From Octopus vulgaris (lineage: Eukaryota), in the NCBI GenBank assembly GCA_951406725.2, contig OX597839.1, forward strand, positions 17,670,001 to 17,734,000: a stretch of DNA of 64,000 nt, given 5' to 3'. Shown here piece by piece: positions 13,401-25,732 of this stretch. The translations under genes were made by a program, and so were the position numbers. Position 1 is the stretch's first letter. Each line of letters begins with the position of its first letter. The notes under the pieces are model-generated. The model was not told the origin of the DNA. It did no database searches and saw only the letters and a program-made list of their open reading frames with translations.

Positions 13401-13650
13401 CACACACATATGTGTGTGTGTGTGCATATATATATAGATTGTATTTGTAATGTGTGTGTTAGCTGGTTGAATGTTTTTTTCTGAAAACCCTGGCTTATCC
13501 AGATTGTCACTTAGGCATTTATTAGCATAATCATTTGTACCAATTTAATTGATATAAATGTGAATTTATAATCTGGGTTCAGAAGCCAAAAGTTTTCAAG
13601 CAGTTGTCCATAGTTATCCTCTGTAACCTTGATTTTTGAAGAGATATGAG

Positions 13651-13704
<54 letters not shown>

Positions 13705-14269
13705 TTAACAGTTTAAATCTATTACAATTTAAGGTTATGGTAAAATACATTTTTCCTAAGTATTCCATATAGGGATTGAATCCAGAACCATGTGGTTGTT
13801 AGCAAACATGATCCCCCACACACACACACATACATTTGTGTATAAGTGTTCCATACAATGTAATGACACCTGCTTTCAGAAAACCTCTCCTATAGTTATG
13901 TCTTCTCCCTAAATATGAGATACAGGTTGAAATTATTGTTTTCAGATTTGTATACACACAGGAAATTACTGTGTACATAATTGTTTTTTATTTATATATT
14001 TTGCCACAGTGAAAAATTTTCACATGACATCAATTTAAATATACATACAAACATCATAAAATTATTCGAAACATTAGATTTCTGTGTTGCCCAAGGAGAC
14101 AACAACAAAAAACAATAAGTACAATGATGCATGTGTGTGTATATATATGAATTATTATAATGTTTTATACTACTATGTATATATAAAATATATATACATA
14201 TATATGTATATATATATTTTATTGAAGTAACTTATTTACATATGTATATTTATAACTTGCATATGTGTG

Positions 14270-14318
<49 letters not shown>

Positions 14319-14446
14319 TAGAATGCTCAATGTCAAATGAATGAGAAAATTGTGCTCAATACATGTAGAGTTTATAATTTATATATGTAAGTATATATAT
14401 ATATATATATATACATATATAGGTATATATAGGTATATATGAATAA

Positions 14447-14654
14447 ATGTGTCGAGAGTAAAGGAATTTTGTTAAAATCTTTGTTCGACTCCATTCTTTC
14501 ATTTATTCATATAAAAAACACAAATTTCCACACAAGAACCTGGAGTTTCTACCCTTAACAGGTCGCTTCAACCATGTTTTCTGACATTAATTTGCTACCC
14601 AGGTATTGGTTAACCGAATTTTCCATGCTAGGATAATTCATTCACCTACTTACC

Positions 14655-14655
<1 letters not shown>
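14447..14655 (+). mobile_element. (TA)n-embedded fragment of the HHR family found at 52321-52975
   Basis: gtcgagagtaaaggaattttgttaaa..ctccattctttcatt matches the reverse complement of 52321-52380. The end ctaggataattcattca matches 52950-52966. Confidence 0.75.
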
Positions 14656-14680
<25 letters not shown>

Positions 14681-14687
<7 letters not shown>

Positions 14688-14931
14688 ATCACGTGACCGA
14701 CCAGACCATCAGATGTTGCTACACATCGCTGGTCACAATGCGTTCGCATTGTTTTAGCCTTCGAATGATGCCACCCCGCTGGCTAAGCGAGCAGGCCAAC
14801 AGAAGAAAGAGTGAGAGAAAGAGTGGTGAAAGAGTACAGCAGGAATCACCACCCCCTGCCGGAGCCTCGTGGAGCTTTTAGGTGTTTTCGCTCAATAAAC
14901 ACACACAACCACTAGGCCATTGCGCCTCCAC
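14681..14931 (-). mobile_element. tRNA-derived SINE (family D) with an internal deletion in the head
   Basis: Near-identical to 23321-23617; inserted in (TA)n. Confidence 0.85.
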
Positions 14932-14935
14932 TATA

Positions 14936-14992
<57 letters not shown>

Positions 14993-15261
14993 TATTGAAG
15001 TATATGTATTCTTTTCAACTCTCTTATTCATTTACTCTACTCCTTGTGCTGCAGCAATACTGAAGTACTGCCATGGAGGGGTTAGTTACTCAAATTGGCT
15101 TATTTTAAGTCAGGTTCTTATCTTATTAGTGTCTTTTCACCAAACTGTTAAGTTATGGGGACATAAACAAACCAACATCAGTTATCAAGCAGTGAGAAAA
15201 AAAATTGCAAAGATCCACCATCCACACACACACATTCATATTGTCATATATATATATATAT

Positions 15262-15590
15262 AAAATTTAAAGAAAGCAGAAAATGGAGAAATATTGATGA
15301 ACAACAAATGACTTACATCAATTATTATTTATTATGTTATTATTTATTTTGAATGAATAACAACCGATGTAAATCAGTTGTTGCTCATCAATATTTCTCC
15401 ATTTTCTGTTTTCTTTAAATTTTGATTTTTGATAAACTCATGTTTAACCTTGTCTTTACCTATAATTTATGAGTATAATATGTTCACATATGTATGCCCA
15501 GGGTTAAACATAGGTCATATACCGCTAGTGGAATGGATACTTTTATTCCTGAGATGGTTATTTTAACCTCTAACTCAGCTAACCTATACA
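15262..15590 (+). mobile_element. Fold-back (TA)n-embedded element (hairpin 15262-15423 plus family terminus)
   Basis: ~65-bp inverted arms; the terminus is shared with 1130-1280. Confidence 0.7.
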
Positions 15591-15619
15591 TATAAATGTA
15601 TATATATATATATATATCT

Positions 15620-15931
15620 CACCTTCACCTTGACTGACCAGTCCATTGGGCATCCATTTGACACTGCTGGTCACAGCATGCTGTCCAACCCTCTCTGAAT
15701 CGCACCTTTCTCATCCACGTGATCCCAATCGTCCTCCTGAAATTGTAACTCCACCCAGAAGGCCTCCTTCTGGGTGGTCGTTTCCACTCGCACGGGTACC
15801 ACTCGACAAATGCGCGGGTCCACCAATTATCAGTGAGCCGGGTGACGTGTCCAGCCCATCTAAACTTGCTGCATGTATACTCTGCGATGACATCCCTCAA
15901 GCCGGACTTCTTTCTGATGATCTTGCTAGTG

Positions 15932-15932
<1 letters not shown>
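15620..15932 (-). mobile_element. RTE-clade LINE 3' end fragment
   Basis: KFRWAGHVTRLTDNWWTRAFVEWYPCEWKRPPRRRP is a typical RTE C-terminal WxGHV..R..GRP region. Confidence 0.88.
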
Positions 15933-15975
<43 letters not shown>

Positions 15976-15980
<5 letters not shown>

Positions 15981-16436
15981 GGGCACTGACTAGCTCCTCT
16001 TTTGCTAAAAGTAAGAGCTAAAATAACTCAAAAGTCTCAAAAACATTGAACTTAATGACTGACAATGAGAGGTAAGTCCCCAGCGTACATAGTCAGATCA
16101 TGATTTTGGATTTTGATGTAGGCCATCTTAATGCCTAGGGTTAGACTCAACTACCTCTGCCAGTCTTATAAGAAAAACCATTGAAAACATTTGCTGATTT
16201 TCAAAATGGTAAAGGGGTAAATAACAAATTAAAAAGTATGGCTTACTAACAATTAGAACCTAAAGGCAAAATTAATAGAGGTCATCAGTCATTAAGTTCA
16301 ATGATTTTGTGACTTTTGAGCTATTTTAACTCTTATTTTTAGCAAAAGAGGTCCTAGTCAGTACCCTCTGTCACTTTTATGGCCTCTATTAATTTTGCCT
16401 CTATGTTTTAATTGCTAATAAGCCACCCTTTTTAAT
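15976..16436. repeat. Interleaved double inverted repeat (A-B-A'-B') within (TA)n
   Basis: 15976-16062 pairs with 16284-16371; ~16228-16285 pairs with 16379-16436. Confidence 0.8.
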
Positions 16437-16437
16437 C

Positions 16438-16492
<55 letters not shown>

Positions 16493-16562
16493 CTTGTGCA
16501 TGTTCTCTTGTTGTCTGTTAATTTTATTAATTTATTTGAACTGATTATATATATATCGATAT

Positions 16563-16629
<67 letters not shown>

Positions 16630-17010
16630 ATATTCTTTCAGAAACGAAGAATGTGCAAAAACATGTTTGGTTTTTTTCCCCCCGTTTATGTGTGGTGGTG
16701 GTGATGGTATGTGTAGATACACACATGCATTCATGGACTGTAAGCATGCATATAAACATAACAGTGCAGATATAATGATCTGAGACAGAGAAGAGACATG
16801 ATGGACAGTAGCTGTAATCATTTGCCCAACAGATGTCAACATAATACTAAAGATTAGTGAAAAAGAAAACACCTATGAAAACTCATGAGAAATCTGCAGT
16901 TACTCCGACTGGATTATAGACTTAGATTTCTATCAATAATTATTGTAGCATTTGGTTATGCACCTAACAGATTCAGTACCAATCATGAGAAGCTTAGTTT
17001 AAAAAAAAAA

Positions 17011-17180
17011 AGGAGTGGCTGTGTGGTAAGTAGCTTGCTTACAAACCACATGGTTCTGGGTTCAGTCCCACTACGTGGCACCTTGGGCAAGTGTCTTCTA
17101 CTATAGCCTCGGGCCGACCAAAGCCTTGTGAGTGGATTTAGTAGACGGAAACTGAAAGAAGCCCGTCGTATATATGTATG

Positions 17181-17249
<69 letters not shown>

Positions 17250-17462
17250 ATATGTTTTTGTGTCAGTGTTTGACCCCCAACATCGCTTGACAACCAATGC
17301 TGGTGTGTTTACGTCCCCGTAACTTAGGAGTTCGGCAAAAGAGACCGATAGAATAAGTACTAGGCTTCCAAAGAATAAGTCCTAGGGTCGATTTGCTCGA
17401 CTAAAGGCGGTGCTCCAGCATGGCCACAGTCAAATGACTGAAACAAGTAAAAGAGTAAAGAG
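17011..17462 (+). mobile_element. Near full-length tRNA-derived CORE-like SINE (family A)
   Basis: A-box tggctgtgtggt, B-box ggttcagtcc, CORE-like gtggcaccttgggcaagtg, internal (TA)/(TG) tract and aaagag tail. More than 15 copies or fragments in the window. Confidence 0.9.
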
Positions 17463-18059
17463 TAAGAACACATCTAATGGAGAGATTACAGCTTCAATCT
17501 ATCAAAGGTATTGGCAAAACATCTGAAACATTCAAGAAGTTCAGCATGTAATAGGATCTACATGTGCAACAACATCTATGTCTGCACCTCTATGTACCTG
17601 CACAGATACTTATGTGTATTCATATATCTGTACTTGCATACATACATCATATGCACACACACACACACACACACACATACACACACACATGCACACAAAC
17701 AGGAGACTGAATAAGGCAATATCAGAAGCATATCTGGTCTGCATCATCATGGTAAAAAATTTCTGAAACAAAATATTGATTTCAAAATTTAGCAGAAGGG
17801 CAGCAATTATGAGAGAGGCGTTAGTTGATTACATTGTCCCCAGTGCTCAACTGGTACTCATTTTTATTGTCACCCCCCGTCCCCAGAAAGATAAAAGGCA
17901 AAGTCAACCTCAGTGAAATTTGAGCTCAGAACAAGAAGATCGGCTTTTCTGTTTGTTTGTATGTTTTGATTCTGAGACCTTTTCCATATGTGTATACATA
18001 TGTGTTTATAAGTAAAAATCCTTATTGCCTCTAAAAATTCCATATATATTATTTCTCTG

Positions 18060-18811
18060 ACATCATCATCATCATCATCATCATTATCATCATCGTTTAA
18101 TGTCCTCTTTCCATGCTGGCATGGGTTGGACTGTTTGACTGAGGACTGGTGAGCCAGAGGCTGCACCAGGCTCACTCTGATCTGGCAAAGTTTCTACAAC
18201 AGGATGCCCTTCCTAATGCCAGCCACTCCAAGAGTGTTGTGGGTGCTTTTACATGCCACCGGCATGAGGGCCAGTCAGGCAGTTCTGGCAAAGACCATGC
18301 TCAAAAGGTGTTTTTATGTGCTACCTGCACAGGAGCCAGTCCAGCGGCACTGGCAATGACCATGCTCGAATGTTGTTTTTCATGTGCTGGCAAGGCGATG
18401 CTGGCAATGATCACACTCGAATGGTGCTTTTCACGTGTCACCGGCATAGGAGCCCTGGCAACGATCATACTCGGATGTGCTTTTAATGTTCCACTGGCAC
18501 AAGTGCCAATCAGTTGGTACTGTCATCAGCCATGTCAGCAATTTTGATTTGTTTACACTTGCCTCAATAGGTCTTCACAGGCAAAGTTCATTGTCCAATG
18601 AGTGAAGGGTACTCATAAGTGGGCCGGTTACACCCCACGTTCGGATGTGCTTTTAACATTCCACTGGCATTAGTGCCAGTCAGGTGGTACTATCATCAGC
18701 CATGTCAGTAATTTTGATTTGATTTCACATGCCTCAATAGGTTTTCACAAGCAAGGTTTATTGTCCAATGAATGAGGGGTATTCATAAATGGGCTGCTTA
18801 CACCCAGTGGC
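18060..18811 (-). mobile_element. Long family B RTE-X 3'UTR copy with internal duplication
   Basis: Extends to ttgtccaatg..gggtactcataagtgggc, matching the sequence just after the RTE ORF stop (24957-25010). Confidence 0.85.
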
Positions 18812-18973
18812 ATATATATATAGTTCTAGGTAAATGTTTTATCGTATCTTTAATTTTTTTCTATATGGTATGATTTAAGTATATCATCGTTGAATTGCTA
18901 CATGGTGGTTCTTCTCTAATTTATATACATTTATATATATATATATATCATCATCATCATCATCATCATCATC

Positions 18974-19711
18974 GCCAAATGGCGGAAAGATGGAATTAAG
19001 GATTGAAGGTAACCTTAAACGGTTAAATTTCGTAGAGTAAGATAGGAAAAAAAACAAAGCAAGTTAAGACATTTAACGAATGAGCAACGAATGAGAGGTA
19101 CGGAAGATAAATGAGATAAAAATCTTTTAACTTGCTGTGGATATCAGGCCGGAAGTTGATTTGGAGAAGAAGGAAGTTTGAATTGGGGATTGTAATGGCC
19201 AAATGGCGGAAAGATGGAATTAAGGATTGAAGGTAACCTTAAACGGTTAAATTTCGAACGGAAAAGTTTATGAAAATAAACAAAAAACGAAGGCAGGTTG
19301 AGTACAAACAAATGTATTAGTATAGCGCTCAGGAATAGAAATAGAAAAAGTCTTTTATGTTTCGAGTCTACGCTCTTCGACAGAAAGATACACAGGAAAA
19401 AACAAGGAGAGAAACAAGGAGAGAAAGTATGAAATGAACGTAAAAAAATAATATATGAGAAAAATAAAGTGAAAACGAAAGGGACAGTTTTTACGAACAA
19501 GTTCAGAAGTTTAAAAGTTTGTAGACGTCGTGGTGTATTTCAAGGATTTCACATCAATAACAAAGTCACTTTGATCTGTGTAGGAGAGGTGCAGCCAGAG
19601 GGTAGGTATCCTTAGAGGTAAAAAAATCCAATGGAGAGGTAGTAGTGTCCGTCGAGGAAAGGTAAGAGTTGGTAGTGGTAGAATATAGGATTAAAGTGAG
19701 ACCACGTGAGC
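18974..19711 (-). mobile_element. Probable Penelope-like terminal repeat region with minimal HHR
   Basis: Perfect ~59-bp direct repeat (18974-19032 / 19198-19256) and HHR at 19351-19388. Flank resembles 40505-40580 and 61560-61765. Confidence 0.55.
19351..19388 (-). ncRNA. Minimal hammerhead-like motif (core CUGUCGA)
   Basis: Reverse complement reads TCTTT CTGTCGA A GAGc-gtag-aCTC GAAA CA TA AAAGA; 5-bp helix I. Confidence 0.6.
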
Positions 19712-19798
19712 ATATATATATAAACAAAATGCCTCACTCATAGCGCTTGTATGTTCTGAAAATGTAACTTTCCCAAATTTGGTGCACTTCATATTCAA

Positions 19799-19879
19799 GG
19801 CTCTGATGAAGCTATGAGATTTTATCCTAGTTCTCAACTAAGAGCCCATCACATCTTATAGAAGAAACAGCTGTAAGCT
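19799..19879 (+). ncRNA. Type I hammerhead ribozyme motif (GUA site at 19873-19875)
   Basis: GGCT CTGATGA ag CTATGAGAT...ATCTTATAG aa GAAA CAGCTG TA AGCT; helix III is the palindrome ACAGCTGT. Confidence 0.82.
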
Positions 19880-21442
19880 AATGACGTTCATTACATAACA
19901 TTTTGTTTTTCCAGTGTCATCTCTTCTTGTTACCTCTCTTTCTAAAACCTCTATATACTCATATAACATTGTGTTCTGAACACAACGCCTAAATGAAACA
20001 TTGACACATACATGTGTGTGTGTGTGTGTGTTGTGTGTTTAAGAAATTTGCCTCCTAACATCATAGTTTCATGACACCTGAGCAAGTATCTTCTACAGGC
20101 CCTGAGTTGACCAAAACCTCATGAATGAATTTCGTAGAGGGATACTGAAAAAATTCTATCGTGTCTGTGTGTGTGTGTGTGTGTGTTAGTGTTTCCTTGT
20201 TTTGACATCACATAATATTTGTGAATGAGTGTCATTCATTGCCAATCTTTTGTGAAAATGTATCTGACCAAGGCAAACGTTACCTTACTTGGAAACCTTA
20301 TTTGATGGCAGAAAGGGCATCAAACTGTAGAAAAAGTCTGCCTTTACAAATCCATCCAACCCATGCAAGCATGGAAACATTGATGTTAAAATAATGATTA
20401 TTATATGTGTGTGTAAATATATATATATATATATTCACACATACACACAGATGTATATATATATATATATATGCAGGTGAATACATACATATATGCACAT
20501 AGGTATGTATTTACATACACACAAGATGAAAACAGGCTTTCTGCAGTTCCAACTACCAAATTCACTCAGATGGGGTTTGTTGGCCCAGGGCTATAGCAGA
20601 AGATATTTACCCAGGATGCTATACAATGAAACTGTTCCTAGAATCTCTTGGTCATGGAGAGAACTTCTCAATCACACAACCATGGACCCAAGCCAAACCA
20701 GGACTAAAAACATATTAGAATGTTAATAGCGATTCATTTATCATTTTAACAATCAACTAAATTTATGATTATCAATTAATTGCCATAATTAATATAACGA
20801 TATAATAGTGCTGAATAGAATTAGTTTCAGGGCAATAATCTTTGTTTTAATTTACATTATTTCATTTTATTGACTTTTCTCAATTGCAAAAAGATTTTGT
20901 GCATTAAATACATTAACCTCTGCTTCTGATGTCGCTGCTGCTGCTACTTCTGCCACTGATTATTATTTCCCTCTTTTTCAAATTTTGTTTATACCTCTTA
21001 CTTTTAAATGTATGATAAAAAATTTAGATTACAAAATCATTTTAATCATCATCACCACCATCATTTTAGCATACACTTTTGTATGCTTGCATGGACTGGA
21101 AGGAATTGATTGAAGCAGGTTTTCTGAAGCTTGATGCCCTTCCTGTCAGCAACCCTCACCTGTTTCTGAGTATGGTTACACATCCCCATGACCAGACATT
21201 TCTTGGAAGATTGCAAACAAACGATATTGCTTCTACAATAGTGACATTCATATGAAGTCAAGGCAAGGGGACAGTAACACCGACCTTCAACGACACACAT
21301 ATCCATACATATACATATACCCACATACCCATACATGTGTGTGTGTATATTTATACATGATGGTCTTCTTTCAGTTTCTCTCTACATATTCCATTCACAA
21401 GGCATTAGTTACTTACACAAGGTGCCATACACACACATATAA

Positions 21443-21675
21443 TCATCATCATCGTTTAGCATCCGCTTTCCATGCTAGCATGGGTTGGACGGTTTAACTG
21501 GGGTCTGGGAAGCCAGAAGGCTGCTCCAGGCCCAGTCTGATCTGGCAATGTTTCTATGGCTGGATGCCCTTCCTAACGCCAACCACTCCGTGAGTGTAGT
21601 GGGTGCTTTTACGTGCCACCAGCACAGGTGCCAGGGGAGGCTGGCAATGGCCACGATTGGTTGGTGCTTTTTACA
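21443..21675 (-). mobile_element. Family B RTE-X 3'UTR copy
   Basis: (CAT)n start and ctggatgcccttcctaacgccaacc. Confidence 0.85.
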
Positions 21676-23278
21676 TGCATATATATTAATAATATATTAT
21701 AGTGCACTTTCCAGAGCTCCTCTGCAGGTGTTGGATACCAAATGTTATCATACAATAGGATGTACATGTGAAAATCATCAAATATCCATTGAGTATAAAC
21801 AAATTTTAATACAAGAAGATAGATTGAACTGGCTTTATTACAAATTACTATATTTGTTTCAACGCATCATCATCAATTTTGTATTAATATAATTCAACAA
21901 CAACTGCATACATGCATATCCTTGCTTGACCTGGTGATAAGTTACGAAATTTTTAGCAGCAGATTCACTAAGCTACCAAGAATTTCACCCCAAGTCCTGC
22001 ATACAAAGTTCCATTATTGGCAATAGAACATTTATTGCTTCATTACGAAGGCCTGAAATATACCATTAAGTTAATAGAAAGTTTGTAACCTAAGGAGGCC
22101 AGTGTTAACTTGCAATAGCAAAAATCAATGAATATAAAGTTCAGAAGATTGCAAAATGTATTTGTCATGAGGCTGTCTCTAGCCCTTCACTTGTAAATGA
22201 CGTAAACCTGAAAAAAACCTGAAGTTGAGGAATATATTTAGAGAGCAGAATGAAAGCCAAACATATACAATACATACATATATATATATATAGAGAGAGA
22301 GAGAGCGAGAGAAATATATATACACACATGATGCAAATATGGCTGTGTGGTAAACAAGTTTGCTTCCCAACCACATGATTTTGATTTCAGTCCCACTGTC
22401 TGACACTTTGCCCTGAGCAAACCAAAGTTTAGTGAGTGGATTTGGTAAACAAAAACTGAAAGAAGCTCATCGTATGTATGTATGTATGTATGCATGTATG
22501 CATGCATGCATGCATTCATGTACGTACATACGTAAGAATGTATGAATGAATGAATTAGAAGTAGCTTAAGTGTTGTAAACAACATCAAACATACATACAC
22601 ATTGTATCTGCTTTGCTAGTTTGTCCGTCAGCTGTGATTCAGTGTATTGGAGATGTCTCTCTCAAAGCGGCAGGTGTTAAGAGACCTGAAGGTCAGTCGT
22701 GGACAGGTGAGACAACTCACTCTAAATCCTATTTAAAAGTGATGGGGCATCGATGTTTTGTCATTTTTCTAACTTATCAACATCACATACCCAAACCAAA
22801 CCCAAGGCAAATTGAATAGCCTATCCATGATTATACATAAAATGGTATAAAGACCATCTGCTGGTATGCCTGAATAGTGCATATGTAGGAATAACACATA
22901 CATAGGAACAATGCATACATAGGAATTCCCAAAACATAACTGACTGGTGAACTAACAAATCACATACATAAAGTGTGTGATTGATATATGTGTATGTTTG
23001 AATAACATGAATGTCATAAATTTCCAATATTCTGTGGAAACATACCTAACCTTGGGGAAATATTAGCTTGTTTAGAAATAGGTAAGGGTTGGTGACAGGT
23101 AGAGCATTTGTCTCAATATACTTTGTACAACATGTATGTGCGTGTGTGTATATATATATATATATTAATAATATTACTTTTAATATATATTCAAAATAAT
23201 ATAAATTAATTAATTTTATGTATTGGCTTATGTTTTTCATTGTTTGATTTGCCTAATAGTTGTTTTATCTCTAATTTA

Positions 23279-23320
<42 letters not shown>

Positions 23321-23324
<4 letters not shown>

Positions 23325-23615
23325 ATGACCGACCAGACCATCAGATGTTGTTACACATCGCTGGCCACAATGCGTTCGCATTGTTTTAGCTTTCGAATGA
23401 TGCCACCCCGCTGGCTAAGCGAGCAGGCCAACAGAAGAAAGAGTGAGAGAAAGAGTGGTGAAAGAGTACAGCAGGGATCACCACCCCCTGCCGGAGCCTC
23501 GTGGAGCTTTTAAGTGTTTTCGCTCAATAAACACACACAACGCCCAGTCTGGGAATCGAAACCGCGATCCTGCGACCACGAGTCCACTGCCCTAACCACT
23601 AGGTCATTGCTCCTC

Positions 23616-23617
<2 letters not shown>
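23321..23617 (-). mobile_element. tRNA-derived SINE (family D), complete head
   Basis: Reverse-complement head tgacctagtggttagggcagtggactc..ggtttcgattccc carries A and B boxes. Confidence 0.88.
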
Positions 23618-23668
<51 letters not shown>

Positions 23669-23723
23669 CGGAGATGTACTTGCATAGCGAGTGACTTGAT
23701 CTGAGATCGTGTGCTGGAATGAA

Positions 23724-24011
23724 AACAATTGTAGCGTGGAAGGTGTTTATAAGCCATTTAAGAAACACACAAAACCGTTAGATTCACTTCAACATTTAAA
23801 TTTAATTTGTCAAAATATTTTCGTCACTATGAGACTATGACCTGTTCACTCACAAAGCTTCGTGATGCAGCATGAAGCTTTGTGAGTGAACAGGTCGTGG
23901 TCTCAAAGTGACGAAAATATTTTGACAAATTAAATTTAAATGTTGAAGTGAATCTAACGGTTTTGTGTGTTTCTTAAATGGCTTATAAACACCTTCCACG
24001 CTGCAATTGTT
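23724..24011. repeat. ~140-bp-arm near-perfect hairpin in (TA)n carrying two opposed HHR-like motifs
   Basis: Arms pair with few mismatches around the centre at ~23867. Confidence 0.95.
23879..23929 (+). ncRNA. Hammerhead-like motif with compensatory G3-C8 core (GUGAACA); mirror copy at 23806-23856 (-)
   Basis: TTTGTGA GTGAACA g GTCGT-ggtctcaaa-GTGAC GAAA ATAT TT TGACAAA; helix I 6/7 bp, palindromic helix III AATATT, UUU triplet. Confidence 0.65.
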
Positions 24012-24559
24012 ATATATATATACATGTATGTATATATATATTATCATCATCTGAAAGTCCACCCGTTCATGCTTCCGTGGGATTTACACACACATATATA
24101 CATGTACCCCCTCTTTAGTGAGACATCTGCTTCTGTCTCTCTGTCTCTCTCTAACCATTTATTATCTGACACAAGATCACCTCTTCCAATGACCCCACCT
24201 CTCTCAAAATTCCTCGTCTTGCAAAATTACTTGGTAACCCTGCCAGTGCTGGCATCCAGTCCACACTGTGAAGTGGTTGATATTTGGAAGGGCATCCAGC
24301 TGTAAAAACCATGCCAAAACAGACCTTGCCTGTGCTAGTGTCATGTAAAAAGCACACAGGGTGGATTGGTGTTAGGATGGGCATCCAGCTGTAAAAACCA
24401 TGCCAAAACAGACACTGAAGCCTGGTATAGTCTTCTACCTGACCAGCCTGTCAGGCCATCCAACTGATGTCAACATGGAAGAAGGACATTAAATGATGAT
24501 AATGATGATGATAATGATGATGATATATATATATACTCACACACACATTTCACAAATCT

Positions 24560-25342
24560 ACTGAGGACATGTGTAAGCTTGCAAGGGATGAAGCCAGTAT
24601 TCTCCACTGGATGTGTAATGTCAGTGTGCATACACAACAGTGTAAGCACATTGAGAGAAAGGTTGGACTTAAGAAGCATCAGATGTGGTGTGCAAGAGAT
24701 ACAACTGCACTGGTATGGTCATGTGTTGCGAATGGATGAGGACAGGTATGTGAAAAAGTGTTGCACCCTAGCAGTTGAGGGAATCTGTGGAAGAGGTAGA
24801 CCCAGGAAGACCTGGGATGAGGTGGTGAAGCACAACCTTCGCACATTGGGCCTCACTGAGGCAATGACAAGTGACCAAGACCTTTGGAGATATGCTGTGC
24901 TTGAGAAGACCTGGCAAGCCAAGTGAGACCATAACCATGGCTTATGCCAGTGCTACATAACCAGCCCATTTAAGAGTATCCTTCAATCATTGGATAATAA
25001 ACTATGCTTGCAAGTGAAATCATTGTCATGGCCAATGACAGTACCGCCTGATTGGCACCCGTGCCAGTGGAATGTTAAAAGCACCATTCGAGCATGGTCG
25101 TTGCCAGTGCCGTCAGACTGGCTCCAGTGCAAGTGGTGCATAAAAAGCACCATTTGAGCATGCTTGATGCCAGTACCACCTGACTGGCCCTTGTGCCGGT
25201 GGCACGTAAAAGCACACAATACACTCTTGTAGTGGTTGGCGTTGAAGAGCATCCAGCTTTAGAAAATTTGCCTTCTGGCTCACCAGCTTTCATTCAAACC
25301 GTCCAACCCATACCAGCATGGAAAGTGGACGTTAAATGATGT
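24560..25342 (+). mobile_element. RTE-X-type LINE 3' end: ORF C-terminus plus family B 3'UTR
   Basis: ORF 24579-24926 contains QLHWYGHVLRMDEDRYVKKC..GRGRPRKTWDEVVK, followed by UTR with ~65-bp subrepeats and a gttaaatgat tail. Confidence 0.9.
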
Positions 25343-25732
25343 TGCCTATACATGTGTGTATGTATTTATGTGTATATGTGTGACTGCAGGCATGTATGCA
25401 TGTATAGCAGGATCTCTGAAGACCATATACAGTTTCCAGGGTTTATATAAGTTCTACCTAGTTTTCTTTCAATGACAATTAGACAATATCAGGTTATGAA
25501 TGAAAAAAGAAAAGAAAATCCAATGAAGAAATTTGTTTCAGTTGTTTACTGATTTGATGTTATATATAGTTGATATCTAGTTTATATTTATGTATGCATT
25601 TGTGTATGTATGTTTAAAAGGGGAGGTGAGAATATATGTAGCCAGTTGGTTAGTCACTATTGTTGCTATCAGAAATGGGTGTTAACCAATATGTCAGCAG
25701 TCGATAACAGTTTCTGGTGAATTGGTTACATT

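Noticed and set aside
17011-17090. tRNA-like sequences at SINE heads (also 23545-23617 and 45062-45150)
   Set aside because: They have A and B boxes but no complete cloverleaf, and they continue into SINE bodies, so they are not tRNA genes.
21842-21880. Reverse-strand aaaattgatgatgatgcgttgaaacaaatatagtaattt resembling an HHR
   Set aside because: No C3, no helix II and a poor helix III; the gatgat repeat makes a chance match likely.
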